A stretch of 64,000 nucleotides of DNA, taken from Candidatus Peregrinibacteria bacterium (lineage in GTDB: Bacteria; Patescibacteriota; Gracilibacteria; UBA1369; LOWO2-01-FULL-3). Position numbers and translations under genes: made by a program. The notes beneath the pieces are model-generated. The model was not told where the DNA came from. It saw nothing but the letters and a program-made list of their open reading frames with translations, and did not search any database. This document shows positions 17,175-27,519 of this stretch, one piece after another; positions within the stretch are counted from its first letter, which is position 1, and the number at the start of each line of letters is the position of its first letter. Location: positions 1,064-65,063 of the forward strand of contig JBDRNZ010000001.1 in the NCBI GenBank assembly GCA_043810515.1, written 5' to 3'.

Positions 17175-18347
17175 ATGAGAATAAAAACACCGCAGGTAAA
17201 AATAGGGAGCATAAAGATCGGTGGGAATAATCCGGTTGCAATCCAGTCTATGACAAACACCGATACCGCTGATGCACTTGCTACAGCTTTGCAGTGTATG
17301 GAATTGGCTGACGCGGGATCTGAAATTATCCGTATTTCTGTGAATGGGGAATCGGCCGCCGCGGCCGTGCCGGAAATAAGAAAAATTCTGGATGCAAGAG
17401 GCTACAAATCCCTCCCCTTAATTGGCGATTTTCATTTTAACGGCCATGAGCTTCTGGCTGCCTTTCCACTCTGCGCAAAAACGCTTGATAAATACCGCAT
17501 AAATCCCGGAAACGTGGATTACGGCACCGCTGGCACTAAAAATTTCCAAAAAATAATCCGTCTCGCAATAAAATACAAAAAACCTGTGAGAATAGGAATA
17601 AACCGCGGTTCAATACCCGGCTCCAAGTCTCTGACATCTCTAGCCGCCCTCGCGCTTTCCTCGGCGAAACTTGCTGAAAAAACAGGACTCCCGCAAAACC
17701 GAATCGTTCTCAGTATAAAAACATCTGATCTGCAGGATCTCATCGCAGTTCACGAAATTCTTGTCAAAAAAATGAAAAAACAACGACATTTTTACGCCCT
17801 TCATATCGGGCTTACGGAAGCCGGAAGCAGCATGCAGGGAATCGTTTCAAGCACAGCGGCTCTTGCCATTATTCTGCAAAAAGGAATAGGGGACACGATC
17901 CGCATTTCGCTCACGCCTGCTCCCGGCCAGCCACGCACACGGGAGGTGGAAGCCTGCAAAACACTGCTACAGTCCCTAAATCTCAGAAATTTTTCACCGA
18001 AAATCATAAGCTGTCCCGGCTGCGGAAGAACCGACAATGCGTTTTTTCAGAAACTCGCGCAGGAAATAAATTCGCACATAAACATCCATCTTTCCGTCTG
18101 GCTCAAAAAATACCCCAAAATCGCACAGCTTAAAATTGCTGTAATGGGCTGCGTCGTAAACGGCCCCGGCGAGTCACGCCACGCTGATATTTCCATTTCC
18201 CTTCCCGGGAAAAACGAATCTCACCTGGCAACAGTCTTCATCAAAGGAAAATTTCTGAAAAATCTTGCCGGCAACAACATTCCAAAAGAGTTCATAAAAA
18301 TTCTGGAAAACTATATAATGAAAACCGCCCATAAAATCTCAAAATGA
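17175..18347 (+). CDS. ispG: 4-hydroxy-3-methylbut-2-en-1-yl diphosphate synthase (GcpE)
   Basis: Start chosen at MRIKTPQVKIG (the ORF track starts at 17151). The C-terminal 4Fe-4S ligand region has CPGCGRT and GCVVNGPGE. Confidence 0.93.
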   Translation: MRIKTPQVKIGSIKIGGNNPVAIQSMTNTDTADALATALQCMELADAGSEIIRISVNGESAAAAVPEIRKILDARGYKSLPLIGDFHFNGHELLAAFPLCAKTLDKYRINPGNVDYGTAGTKNFQKIIRLAIKYKKPVRIGINRGSIPGSKSLTSLAALALSSAKLAEKTGLPQNRIVLSIKTSDLQDLIAVHEILVKKMKKQRHFYALHIGLTEAGSSMQGIVSSTAALAIILQKGIGDTIRISLTPAPGQPRTREVEACKTLLQSLNLRNFSPKIISCPGCGRTDNAFFQKLAQEINSHINIHLSVWLKKYPKIAQLKIAVMGCVVNGPGESRHADISISLPGKNESHLATVFIKGKFLKNLAGNNIPKEFIKILENYIMKTAHKISK

Positions 18348-18880
18348 TTCTCTCGGACAAAACCATCAAATCTATGCTCGAAACAGGCATTCTCACGATT
18401 GACCCGATAGATGAGCACTCCATCCAGCCCGCGTCCGTCGACTGCAGGCTTGGAAGCCATTTTCTGATAATGGAGGAAAATCAGATGTCGCTCCTTACAC
18501 TCGATTCGGAAATCCATTACCGCGAAATGGAAAGTGACAGCATCACTATCCCGCCGCACTCTTTTATTCTTGCAACAACCCGCGAGTACGTGAAGCTCCC
18601 GCACGATCTTACTGCTTTTGTGGAAGGGCGGAGCTCGATTGGAAGAATGGGTCTTTTTATACAAAACGCCGGCTGGGTTGATCCGGGATTTGAGGGGAAA
18701 ATCACGCTGGAGCTTTATAACGCCAGCTCCCTTCCGATAAAACTTCAGTCCGGAAAACGCGTATGCCAGCTTGTTTTCTGCAAAATGGACCAAAAAGCGC
18801 AGTCTCCCTACAAAGGCAAGTATCAGGGGCAGACTCAATCGGTTGGCAGCAGAATTTTCATGGATAAAGACAAAATATAA
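18344..18880 (+). CDS. dcd: dCTP deaminase
   Basis: 178 aa. [15 protein letters not shown]... and [12 protein letters not shown] motif. The ATGA overlaps the ispG stop. Confidence 0.93.
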   Translation: MILSDKTIKSMLETGILTIDPIDEHSIQPASVDCRLGSHFLIMEENQMSLLTLDSEIHYREMESDSITIPPHSFILATTREYVKLPHDLTAFVEGRSSIGRMGLFIQNAGWVDPGFEGKITLELYNASSLPIKLQSGKRVCQLVFCKMDQKAQSPYKGKYQGQTQSVGSRIFMDKDKI

Positions 18881-18890
18881 ATTTGAAAAA

Positions 18891-19706
18891 ATGAAACAAT
18901 ATCTCGAACTAGTACGTGAAGTCATGGAAAACGGAGTTGAGCGTCATGACAGAACCGGCACCGGCACGATTTCGATTTTCGGCGCACAGAAAAAATACGA
19001 CCTGCGCGAAGGCTTTCCGATGGTGACAACAAAAAAAGTCAGCTACGCCGGGATTTTGCGGGAACTTTTATGGTTTTTGAAAGGCTCCACAAACATAAAC
19101 GACGGCCTAAAGGAGTACACACCGATTTGGAATCCATGGGCCGACGAAAACGGCGAGCTTGGACCGGTTTACGGCTATCAATGGAGAAAATGGGAAAAAT
19201 TTGACTGGAATGAGGCCAAAAAAAGCTATGAAAAAGGGCATATTGATCAGGTGAAACAGGCAATCGACATGATCAAAAACAATCCGTATTCCAGAAGAAT
19301 ACTTGTGACCGCCTGGAATGTTGCGGACATCGATAAGATGGCTCTGCCGCCCTGCCATATGTTTTTCCAGTTTTACGTCGCCGGCGATAGTCTCGACCTG
19401 CAGATGTATCAGCGCAGCGCCGACATCGCGCTCGGCGTACCTTATAATATCGCGAGTTACTCGACTCTGCTTCAGATGGTCGCGCAGGAGTGCAACCTCA
19501 AGCCAAGATATTTTGTGCATACTTTGGGCGACGCGCACATTTATCTGAATCACATTGACGGCCTGAAGCGCCAGCTCGAACGCACTCCTCACCCTCTTCC
19601 TCACTTAAAAATTGCCAAAAAACCTTTTGACGAATTGAAATTTGAGGATTTTGAACTCACGGGCTACGAACACGACGATTTTATAAAATTTGAAATAGCG
19701 GTATGA
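18891..19706 (+). CDS. thyA: Thymidylate synthase (ThyA type)
   Basis: Start at [15 protein letters not shown]. Active-site region [20 protein letters not shown] motif. Confidence 0.97.
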   Translation: MKQYLELVREVMENGVERHDRTGTGTISIFGAQKKYDLREGFPMVTTKKVSYAGILRELLWFLKGSTNINDGLKEYTPIWNPWADENGELGPVYGYQWRKWEKFDWNEAKKSYEKGHIDQVKQAIDMIKNNPYSRRILVTAWNVADIDKMALPPCHMFFQFYVAGDSLDLQMYQRSADIALGVPYNIASYSTLLQMVAQECNLKPRYFVHTLGDAHIYLNHIDGLKRQLERTPHPLPHLKIAKKPFDELKFEDFELTGYEHDDFIKFEIAV

Positions 19707-20224
19707 ACAAACACAAAGTCTACATTATAGTCGCCGTCGAGAAGAATTTTGGAATAGGGAAGGAAGGCGGCATTCCATGGCATTTCAAAAAAGAAATGAA
19801 ATTTTTCAAAGAAACCACGACAAAAACCGCCGATCCCGATAAACAAAACATTGTCATAATGGGCCGCACCACCTGGGAATCCTTAACTCCCAAATTTAAA
19901 CCTCTCGCAAACCGCAAAAACATAGTCTTAACGACAAATCCCGATTACAAAGCTCACGGCGCGGAAATTTGCGATTCGCTCTCAAAAGCGATTGATTCGG
20001 CGGACGACAGCATTGAAACAATTTTCATAATCGGCGGCACAAGCGTATACAATGAAGCCATAAAAAATTCAAAAACAGACGGCATTTACATCACAAAGCT
20101 CGACGCCCCATACGACTGCGACACTTTTTTTCCGCAAATTCCTGAAGAATTCAAAAAGCATACATCCCTCGGGAAAGACGAGGAAGACGGCGTGAATTTC
20201 GAATATTTACTCTACGAAAAGTAA
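19703..20224 (+). CDS. folA: Dihydrofolate reductase
   Basis: 173 aa. [21 protein letters not shown] and IIGGTSVY motifs. Overlaps the thyA stop (ATGA). Confidence 0.92.
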   Translation: MNKHKVYIIVAVEKNFGIGKEGGIPWHFKKEMKFFKETTTKTADPDKQNIVIMGRTTWESLTPKFKPLANRKNIVLTTNPDYKAHGAEICDSLSKAIDSADDSIETIFIIGGTSVYNEAIKNSKTDGIYITKLDAPYDCDTFFPQIPEEFKKHTSLGKDEEDGVNFEYLLYEK

Positions 20225-20977
20225 TTATTTCGCCAGAGCGCCCTCAATAATACTTTCAAACTCGGAATAGGGAAACGCCCCAACAACGAGCTCGCCGTTT
20301 ATAACAAATGACGGCGTGCCGCTTATGCCAACACTTTGTCCGGCGGCTATATCGCTTTCAATTTCATCTTTATATTTATCACTCGCAATACACGAATTGT
20401 ACTTCGTCATATTTGCGCCGACCTTTTTTGCCAATGCTGCCAGATCATCTTTTATAGAACTTTCATCGCCGCTCAATATCGAATTGTCGTCAAAAATCGC
20501 GTCATGCATCGCGAAAAACATCTCATTCCCGCCCTGTTCACGAACACATTCCGTAGCCAAAGCTGCCGGATACGCCCCCGCGTGAAAGCCTAAAGGAAAA
20601 TGTTTAAAAACTATTTTTACCTTACCGCTTTCAACATAATTTGTCTTTATATCCTGATATGCCGCTGAATAAAACTTTTCGCAGTAAGGACACTGAAATT
20701 CCGAAAATTCAACGATCGTAACAGGCGCATTCTCATCGCCAAGTACAGCGTCATCGTCATTAATAATTTTTTCCATATCTACAACCGGAGTTTCAGCATT
20801 AGCAGCAGAATCATCTGCCACAGCCTGATCCGGCGCACTCACAAATTCATTAAGCCCGGCAATAACCGCCGCCTTGATATCATCATTTGATGCGGTTCTC
20901 AAACCATTAAAAACCAAACCTCCCGCCACCAGCACCGCGCCCACAATTATCGCTGCAATTATTCCTTTATTATTCAT
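20225..20977 (-). CDS. Membrane-anchored DsbA-like thiol:disulfide oxidoreductase
   Basis: 250 aa. N-terminal TM. Thioredoxin-fold CPYC motif (FSEFQCPYCEKF). Confidence 0.85.
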   Translation of the reverse strand: MNNKGIIAAIIVGAVLVAGGLVFNGLRTASNDDIKAAVIAGLNEFVSAPDQAVADDSAANAETPVVDMEKIINDDDAVLGDENAPVTIVEFSEFQCPYCEKFYSAAYQDIKTNYVESGKVKIVFKHFPLGFHAGAYPAALATECVREQGGNEMFFAMHDAIFDDNSILSGDESSIKDDLAALAKKVGANMTKYNSCIASDKYKDEIESDIAAGQSVGISGTPSFVINGELVVGAFPYSEFESIIEGALAK

Positions 20978-21074
20978 AATGTAAAAATTAATGATAGTGC
21001 GAAAACTATAGTAAACTCACACCCAAAAGTAAACCGTTTTCCTACAAGCCTCCAGTAAAAAGAAGTCTGTCAAC

Positions 21075-21102
21075 TTGACAAAAATCAAAACATCTCTATA
21101 AT
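21075..21102 (+). promoter_or_regulatory. Sigma70-type promoter TTGACA-16-TATAAT with a leader of about 155 nt
   Basis: Hexamers read directly. It precedes the SLH-protein gene at 21263. Confidence 0.5.
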
Positions 21103-21262
21103 TAGCTTCTATTATCATAAACAGACCAAAAACAGGTTGAAATGCGACTAATTAAACTGTAACATTCGACTAGTCAAACAGTACTATAAAGAGGAAAAAG
21201 GGCGCTTTAATCATTGCAACGTACAACTTTACATATTTATTCAAAATTCTAACCAAAAAATA

Positions 21263-23647
21263 ATGAGAAAATATGCTCTAATGTTGAAATCAGGCCTTTC
21301 AAGGCTTGCAATTGGCGTTTTACTGACGCAATTGATATTCATGGGTTCAATCTCAGCGATGCAGGCAACTGTATTTGCCGCACCTGCCGGTGAATACATC
21401 GCAAACCTCATGATCACGCCTTCCACCTTCGATCCAGCATCTGAAAGCTCAGAAATAACTTTTGATCTGCTTCAGGACGCGGTAGTTACTGTTTATGTAA
21501 TGGACGGTGATTTTAACAGGGTTGCGACCATGACAGAGGATGAAGACATGCTGGCAGGAAGCAAAAGCTATACATGGTACGGAACTGATACAAACAATCC
21601 TACGAACGATCCTTTGCCAAACGGAGATTACACTGTTTTCGTTTTCGCACTTGAACATACAGGCGGAAGTTTAACGGTAAGAGAATCTCAGACGGTTGAC
21701 GCGACCCTAGCTGCCCCTATTCAAAGCACATATACCTTGGATGTTGATGACCTCACGGACATTGTTACGGGAGATATAAGACCGACTGAAATTGAGATAG
21801 CATACGAAGAACCGGGCGGAGATATCGGATATGATAATGTGAAAATAAAATTGACGGTTGATTCAGCGCCTGGTGATTTTGACCTGACAATGGTATCACC
21901 TGACGACGGTACACTTTATCATCTTGAAGATGTCGGATACTACGGACCGACAGTCGGATTTACACTGGACGCGCTGTACCACAATATATTGCCGGTCGCG
22001 GCTGTATTTTATGCGGAAGGCGACTATGTGCTGACTTTCGCGCTTGTTGATATGGATAATACTGAGAATGTAATCGTTTCAAGACAAGAAACATTCTCTG
22101 TGACTGAGGCTGAGGAAGTACCGCCTGAACCCGTTTTGAGCACATATGCCATCGATCTGAATCCTGCGGACGACGAGCCTGTATACATTGAAAATGAATA
22201 CGACGCAACGATAGATATCGCGAACATTGAACCCGCTGGAGACACAGGCTATGACAATGTAAAAGTTAAGGTAACGGTAAATGATACGCCGAGTGAAACG
22301 CCGACGGTTGATCTTGGCGAACTCGAACTTATGGTTGATCCATATGAAGGTGGAACTCCTTACGATCTTACCGAAGCTGGAAATGAATATTGGGGACCCG
22401 CTGATGGATTTGCAGTTACACCAGCTTACACGAATGCGATCCCTCTCAAGGTAACATTCCACTCTGGAGGAATTTATGAAATCCTTGTGGAATTGGTTGA
22501 TATGAATAACAGTGAGGCTGTAATAACGTCATCAACGATGTATTACAGAGCGAGCAACGCAGAGCTCACAGCTCCTATATACAGTACTTATACGATTGAC
22601 GTTGCGGACCAGGGCGATATTACTGTTGGAACATCTGTACCTGACGTAAATATGACTTTTGGAAATGAAGAACCTGCCGGCGACACCGGATATGAACATG
22701 TTAAAGTAAAATTCACGGAAGTAACTGCTCCTGGCACTTATTCCGTTTCAGCACATTCCGCCGATGATGACAGCGTTTACAGCCTAAATGAAGCCGGATA
22801 TTGGGGCCCTGCTGCTGACGGATTTAGCATGGAGCCGGCTGATTACAGCCAGACAGTCCCTCTAACATTTGTTTTCAATACAGAAGGCACATACAGCTTT
22901 ACATTTGAACTTGTAGATCTTGATAATGAAGAAGCGGTAATCGCTTCGACAACAGAAACATACACAATTGTTCCGGTTCCTCCGGTTGATGACGACGGCG
23001 GAAATTCCGGAGGGGGAGGAGGCGGAGGATCTCCTATAAGACCACGACCACCTGTAAATAATCCGACCACTCCGTCTGAAGGATCAGTTATTCTGCAGTC
23101 TGAAGACGTAGTTGGCCCATTCTGCGATACTGACAATCATTGGGCGGCAGATTACATTGATGAATTAAGATTAATGGGAATTGTCCAGGGAACAGGAGAA
23201 TGCAACTTTAACCCTGATGGTACATTCACAAGAGCCGAAGCAACAAAAGTATCACTTGGAGTTTTTGGAATATCACTTATGTCGCTGACTGTTGATGTAA
23301 AACCTTTCCCGGACGTAAATGTAACTCACTGGGCTGCTCCATACCTTGCCACAGGAAAATCATACATGATAGTAAACGGCTATGGAGACGGTTTGTTCAG
23401 ACCTGACCAGGGAATAACCCGCGCCGAAGCGCTCAGAATTATTCTTGAATCATCCGGTGTAAGCATATCCGAAGGATCTCTGCCTTATTCTGACATAGAG
23501 TCTTACGCATGGTACGGAAAATACGTTTCCACAGGAACAGAGCTCGGTCTTGTTGAAGGCTACGCTGACGGAACGTTCAGACCTTACCAGCTTGTAACCC
23601 GCGCCGAATTCGCAAAAATGGCAGTTATGATGCTGGACATGATTTAA
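21263..23647 (+). CDS. Large secreted cell-wall protein: FlgD-Ig-like module, three repeats of about 140 aa, Gly/Pro linker, three C-terminal SLH domains
   Basis: 794 aa. Signal peptide present. SLH-like segments (HWAADYIDELRLMGIVQG..., THWAAPYLATGKSYMIVNGYGDGLFRPDQGITRAEA..., YADGTFRPYQLVTRAEFAKM). Confidence 0.85.
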   Translation: MRKYALMLKSGLSRLAIGVLLTQLIFMGSISAMQATVFAAPAGEYIANLMITPSTFDPASESSEITFDLLQDAVVTVYVMDGDFNRVATMTEDEDMLAGSKSYTWYGTDTNNPTNDPLPNGDYTVFVFALEHTGGSLTVRESQTVDATLAAPIQSTYTLDVDDLTDIVTGDIRPTEIEIAYEEPGGDIGYDNVKIKLTVDSAPGDFDLTMVSPDDGTLYHLEDVGYYGPTVGFTLDALYHNILPVAAVFYAEGDYVLTFALVDMDNTENVIVSRQETFSVTEAEEVPPEPVLSTYAIDLNPADDEPVYIENEYDATIDIANIEPAGDTGYDNVKVKVTVNDTPSETPTVDLGELELMVDPYEGGTPYDLTEAGNEYWGPADGFAVTPAYTNAIPLKVTFHSGGIYEILVELVDMNNSEAVITSSTMYYRASNAELTAPIYSTYTIDVADQGDITVGTSVPDVNMTFGNEEPAGDTGYEHVKVKFTEVTAPGTYSVSAHSADDDSVYSLNEAGYWGPAADGFSMEPADYSQTVPLTFVFNTEGTYSFTFELVDLDNEEAVIASTTETYTIVPVPPVDDDGGNSGGGGGGGSPIRPRPPVNNPTTPSEGSVILQSEDVVGPFCDTDNHWAADYIDELRLMGIVQGTGECNFNPDGTFTRAEATKVSLGVFGISLMSLTVDVKPFPDVNVTHWAAPYLATGKSYMIVNGYGDGLFRPDQGITRAEALRIILESSGVSISEGSLPYSDIESYAWYGKYVSTGTELGLVEGYADGTFRPYQLVTRAEFAKMAVMMLDMI
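21710..22972 (+). repeat. Three divergent in-frame repeats of about 140 aa inside the SLH protein
   Basis: Recurrent blocks: STYT(L/I)DV...EEPGGD(I/T)GY(D/E)NVK(I/V)K...Y.L.E.GYWGP...LVD(M/L)DN.E.VI. Confidence 0.8.
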
Positions 23648-23670
23648 AACTTCAAAAATTCTATATAAAA

Positions 23671-23703
23671 AACCACTCAACCGTAAGGAAGGGTGGTTTT
23701 TTT
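23671..23703 (+). terminator. Intrinsic terminator after the SLH gene
   Basis: AACCACTC-12 nt-GGGTGGTT (8 bp including one G.U) followed by a T-run. Confidence 0.7.
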
Positions 23704-23766
23704 CGTGCATGAGGGTTTAAAAAACCTCTGAAAAATGCTATAATTAGGACAAATAAAAACAAAAAC

Positions 23767-24993
23767 ATGAAAAAGAAAAATAAAGCTATCTCTCTGCTTG
23801 TGGGAATATTACTCGCGGGAGGAATAATGGCTATTGTGTTTAACAGACTTGAAAATTCAAACGAGCAGTCAATAGCCGAACTGAATCAGCTCAACTTAAA
23901 GTACGGACTTACTTCATTGGAAACATTAGAAAGCAACGGTACGGCACGTTACATAAGCTCGATTTTTCAGGCTGATTCGTTAAAGACGGACACGGTGGAC
24001 CTGCTTAAGCCCGAAAAAGACATCATACTTAAACTCGACAAGCCGGCTCAGTCCGGCGATGAAGATTTGCGAAATATAGTTTTTCTCGAACTTCACAGCT
24101 TTGCGGACATAGAAAAGATAGCGGAAGAATATGAAAATCTCGATGTTGTCCAGTATGCTGAGCCGGATTTTGGAATAGAACTGTCAGCTGGTACGGAAAA
24201 AACAATTCCTCAAACCAAAGCGGATATAAATTTGCAGAACGAACCGGACACATCCGACAAAGAAATTACGGTTGCGGTAATCGATTCCGGTGTGGATAGC
24301 GATCATCCTGATTTGAAAGACAGGCTGAAAAAAGGCTGGAATACGATAAGTAACTCCCGCGATGTTGAGGATGAAGCGGGACACGGCACCCATATTACCG
24401 GAATAGTTCTTGCGAATTCTTCCGCGGTAAAAGTAATGCCGTTAAAGTTTACGAATGGAATGGAGGGTAAAATGAAAAACCTGATAAAAGCCATAAAATA
24501 TGCGGCTGATAACGGTGCTGACGTAATAAATCTAAGCCTCGGAATAGAACAGTATTCAAAAACCTTGAAAGAAGCTATAGATTACGCAGAAAAAAAAGAC
24601 GTAATTGTCGTTGCGGCGGCCGGAAATTATAAAAGTGAAGACAAATACTATCCTGCCGCACTCGAAAACGTGATCAGCGTTGCCGGCCTTCAGAAAGACG
24701 GAAAAAAGCTGTACATCAGCAATTACGGCGAATGGGTCGATTTTTCCACAACCGCCCAGGACATCTACAGCACCTACCCAAATGACGGTTATGGATACGG
24801 AACGGGCACTTCCCAGGCCGCACCTGTCATAAGCGCGGTTATAGCCGATGAAATTATAAAATTCTCACAAGAAAACGGCGAAGAGCCTGACTTTGACGAT
24901 ATTTATGATTACCTTAAAGAAATTTCCACCAAAGCGGTAGGCAAGTACGCAGACAAACTTGGAGGCCGAATTCCAAACAGCTATGACAAGTAG
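23767..24993 (+). CDS. Subtilisin-like serine protease (peptidase S8), anchored or secreted
   Basis: 408 aa. Catalytic triad motifs VAVIDSGVDSDHPDL, HGTHITG and GTSQAAPVISA. Confidence 0.9.
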   Translation: MKKKNKAISLLVGILLAGGIMAIVFNRLENSNEQSIAELNQLNLKYGLTSLETLESNGTARYISSIFQADSLKTDTVDLLKPEKDIILKLDKPAQSGDEDLRNIVFLELHSFADIEKIAEEYENLDVVQYAEPDFGIELSAGTEKTIPQTKADINLQNEPDTSDKEITVAVIDSGVDSDHPDLKDRLKKGWNTISNSRDVEDEAGHGTHITGIVLANSSAVKVMPLKFTNGMEGKMKNLIKAIKYAADNGADVINLSLGIEQYSKTLKEAIDYAEKKDVIVVAAAGNYKSEDKYYPAALENVISVAGLQKDGKKLYISNYGEWVDFSTTAQDIYSTYPNDGYGYGTGTSQAAPVISAVIADEIIKFSQENGEEPDFDDIYDYLKEISTKAVGKYADKLGGRIPNSYDK

Positions 24994-25073
24994 ATCGGAG
25001 CAGACCGGAAAAATAAAGATTGATTTAATACAACCTTATCTTTAAAATCTTTTTGTAAACTTTTAATTTTTAC

Positions 25074-25148
25074 GCCGGGGTAGCTCAGTGGTAGAGCAAT
25101 GGATTGAAAATCCATGTGTCGGCAGTTCAATCCTGCCCCCCGGCACCA
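25074..25148 (+). tRNA. tRNA-Phe (anticodon GAA), CCA encoded
   Basis: Acceptor GCCGGGG/CCCCGGC, D arm GCTC-AGTGGTA-GAGC, anticodon stem ATGGA/TCCAT with loop TTGAAAA, T arm GGCAG-TTCAATC-CTGCC, then ACCA. Confidence 0.95.
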
Positions 25149-25155
25149 GAAACCC

Positions 25156-26082
25156 CTAATTCGAATATTTCTTCAGCTGTTTGTCGAAAAATTCTTTCAG
25201 TTCCTTGGCCGTAAAAATACCCTCATTTGTAACGATTTTTGAGAATAGTTCCGTCGGAACGCGATCATGGGAGTATTTTATGCGTTCGTATTCAATCGGC
25301 TTATAAAAATGTTTTTTCATGTTTTTATGAATAAATACGCCGCCGGCACGTTCTTTTGATTTCCACAGACTGAATTTCATAGTGTTTATAAACATGTACG
25401 CCGGAATGTGGGCTACATGGAATTCGGAAATAACACTGTGAGTACCCGGAGCCATAACAAAATCCATCGTATCTTTGAGGGTTAAAGCTCCAAAAAACAA
25501 CAGATCAATCTGTTTATGAATATGTGAAAGCATATATGACGGAACAACCTGAAAAGGTATGCCGGCACTGTACATTCTCTCGATATTATCGTGTGTTTTA
25601 TAAAAATCCTGTTCCGCAATGATCACTTTAAAATGCTTCCCCATGCCCTTGTAATGAACCAATATATCCTGAACAGAATGGCTATGGTCATGAATTAAGA
25701 TAGTTTTCCCTTCAACATCTATTTTTTCGGCATACTGTCGGAGCTGTTCATCCTTCTTTCTGCCTTCTTTGAGGATTTCTTTGATTCTTTTTTCAACGGT
25801 CCTTTTCCATTTTTTCTCTACCATTTCGGAACACAGAACACTTTTAAACTCCTTGCTGAGTTTGACAAAATGATAATTCAAAATTCCGAATTTAGGCTCT
25901 GTATTGGAGATAACTTCAACAAGTTCCTCAAACTGGGCGCAAAAATCAGAAGGGGTTTTTGATTTAAATGCCTTTGTAGCCTCAATCAAAGCATTAAGAA
26001 TCAGTGTAGCTACATCACGAGTGCCTATTTCAGCCTCAAGTTCCCTTAATAATTGCGAAAAAATATCAATTCTGGATTCCAT
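25156..26082 (-). CDS. Divergent eIF-2B alpha/beta/delta-like (IF-2B family sugar-phosphate isomerase-like) protein
   Basis: 308 aa. Family-like pattern ILIHDHSHSV...KVIIAEQD...GIPFQVVPSYM...FFGALTL...GTH...IPAYMF. Assigned by pattern only. Confidence 0.5.
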   Translation of the reverse strand: MESRIDIFSQLLRELEAEIGTRDVATLILNALIEATKAFKSKTPSDFCAQFEELVEVISNTEPKFGILNYHFVKLSKEFKSVLCSEMVEKKWKRTVEKRIKEILKEGRKKDEQLRQYAEKIDVEGKTILIHDHSHSVQDILVHYKGMGKHFKVIIAEQDFYKTHDNIERMYSAGIPFQVVPSYMLSHIHKQIDLLFFGALTLKDTMDFVMAPGTHSVISEFHVAHIPAYMFINTMKFSLWKSKERAGGVFIHKNMKKHFYKPIEYERIKYSHDRVPTELFSKIVTNEGIFTAKELKEFFDKQLKKYSN

Positions 26083-26087
26083 ATTTA

Positions 26088-27395
26088 TTATGTTCTAAAA
26101 AACAGATAAACGCTGCAGATAGCAAGAACGCCCAGAGTCACGGGCAGCCCGAATTTGAGATATTCAATAAACGTAATATGTTCTCCTTCCTTCCTGGCCA
26201 GATCGACAGAGATTACATTTGCCGATGCGCCAATCAACGTTCCGTTGCCGCCCAGACAGGCGCCCAGTGAAAGGGCCCACCACAAAATCGAGGTATCCGT
26301 GCCCGGCAACTGTGTCTGTATGCCCATAATGACGGGAATCATCACTGTAACAAAAGGAATGTTATCGAGAATCATCGAAACAATGCCCGAAACCCATAAA
26401 ATTAACAGCGAAAGATAAAATATATTGGATGTGGAATTGGCGATAACAAGGCTCAGCTGCTGGAGAAGTCCTGTTTTTTCAATAGCGGCAACCATAATAA
26501 AAAGTCCGGCAAAGAAAAATAGAGTGGTCCATTCAACAGATCGGAAAGCCTCATGAATATTGCTTCTTTTTGAGGTTATAAGTGCCAGCACAACTGCCGC
26601 CGTAAACGCGATCACATAGTTTGGAAGCCCGATATAGCTTTGCATCAAAAATCCCACAATGGTAAGGATCAGAACGGCTATGACCTTTATAACAAAATCC
26701 TTATGAAGGGTTTTTTTGACGAATTTATTCTTAATTTTTTTGATGATTACATTTGCAACGAAAAGCTCAACAAGATCCTTTGAAATCGGTTTTAATTTTT
26801 TCCAGCGCAAAACTATAAAAACCAGAAAGACAAAGATGCTCGCCAGAAGTATCGGGAACCACAGATTTGTGACAAAGGCCAGGAAATTAAGCCCCGTGGC
26901 ACCACCTATGATGATATTCGGCGGATCACCGATAAGAGTCAAAGTTCCGCCGATATTTGAAAATATTATTTCCGCGAAGATATACGGCTTCGGATCTTTT
27001 CCCATTCCTCTGACGAGTTCAATAGTCAAAGGAACTATAAGGATCACAGTTGTTACATTATCCAAAAAAGCGGAAAAAACCGCCGTCAGTAAAGAGAAAA
27101 ACAGAAAAATCGCAAGGGGATTCCCTTTTGTAAGCGCGGCGATTTTTACGTTCAGCCATTCGAAAATACCGCTTTTTGATGCGATATTCACAAGAATCAT
27201 CATTGCAAGCAAAAGAAGAATTGTTTCGAATTCTATAGCCTCAATAGCTTCTTCCGGCGAAAGTATACCGAGAATAACCATCGCAAGAGCCCCGATAAGC
27301 GCAATGAGGGATTTGTCAAAAACCTCGAAAACAATCAGGCCAAAAGCTAAAACGAAGATTCCAATAGCTAAATATGCATCCATAAATATGCTCAA
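26088..27395 (-). CDS. ArsB/NhaD-superfamily (citrate-transporter-like) permease
   Basis: 435 aa, about 10-12 TM helices. GDPPNIIIG motif typical of this permease superfamily. Confidence 0.75.
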   Translation of the reverse strand: MSIFMDAYLAIGIFVLAFGLIVFEVFDKSLIALIGALAMVILGILSPEEAIEAIEFETILLLLAMMILVNIASKSGIFEWLNVKIAALTKGNPLAIFLFFSLLTAVFSAFLDNVTTVILIVPLTIELVRGMGKDPKPYIFAEIIFSNIGGTLTLIGDPPNIIIGGATGLNFLAFVTNLWFPILLASIFVFLVFIVLRWKKLKPISKDLVELFVANVIIKKIKNKFVKKTLHKDFVIKVIAVLILTIVGFLMQSYIGLPNYVIAFTAAVVLALITSKRSNIHEAFRSVEWTTLFFFAGLFIMVAAIEKTGLLQQLSLVIANSTSNIFYLSLLILWVSGIVSMILDNIPFVTVMIPVIMGIQTQLPGTDTSILWWALSLGACLGGNGTLIGASANVISVDLARKEGEHITFIEYLKFGLPVTLGVLAICSVYLFFRT

Positions 27396-27519
27396 AATAA
27401 ATTTCTAGAGAATTCTACTCCTGGAATTGTTAATGTCCAGGAAAAAGCAAGTGGAAAAAGTGGCCGGTTTTTGAAAAATGGGATAATATGAAAACACAAA
27501 ACTTTGTAACCACTCTTAT

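Noticed and set aside
10243-25148. Integrated mobile element or prophage next to tRNA-Gly, tRNA-Phe or tRNA-Val
   Set aside because: I saw no integrase, recombinase, transposase or phage-like genes, and no direct repeat of a tRNA 3' end. The flanking genes are housekeeping.
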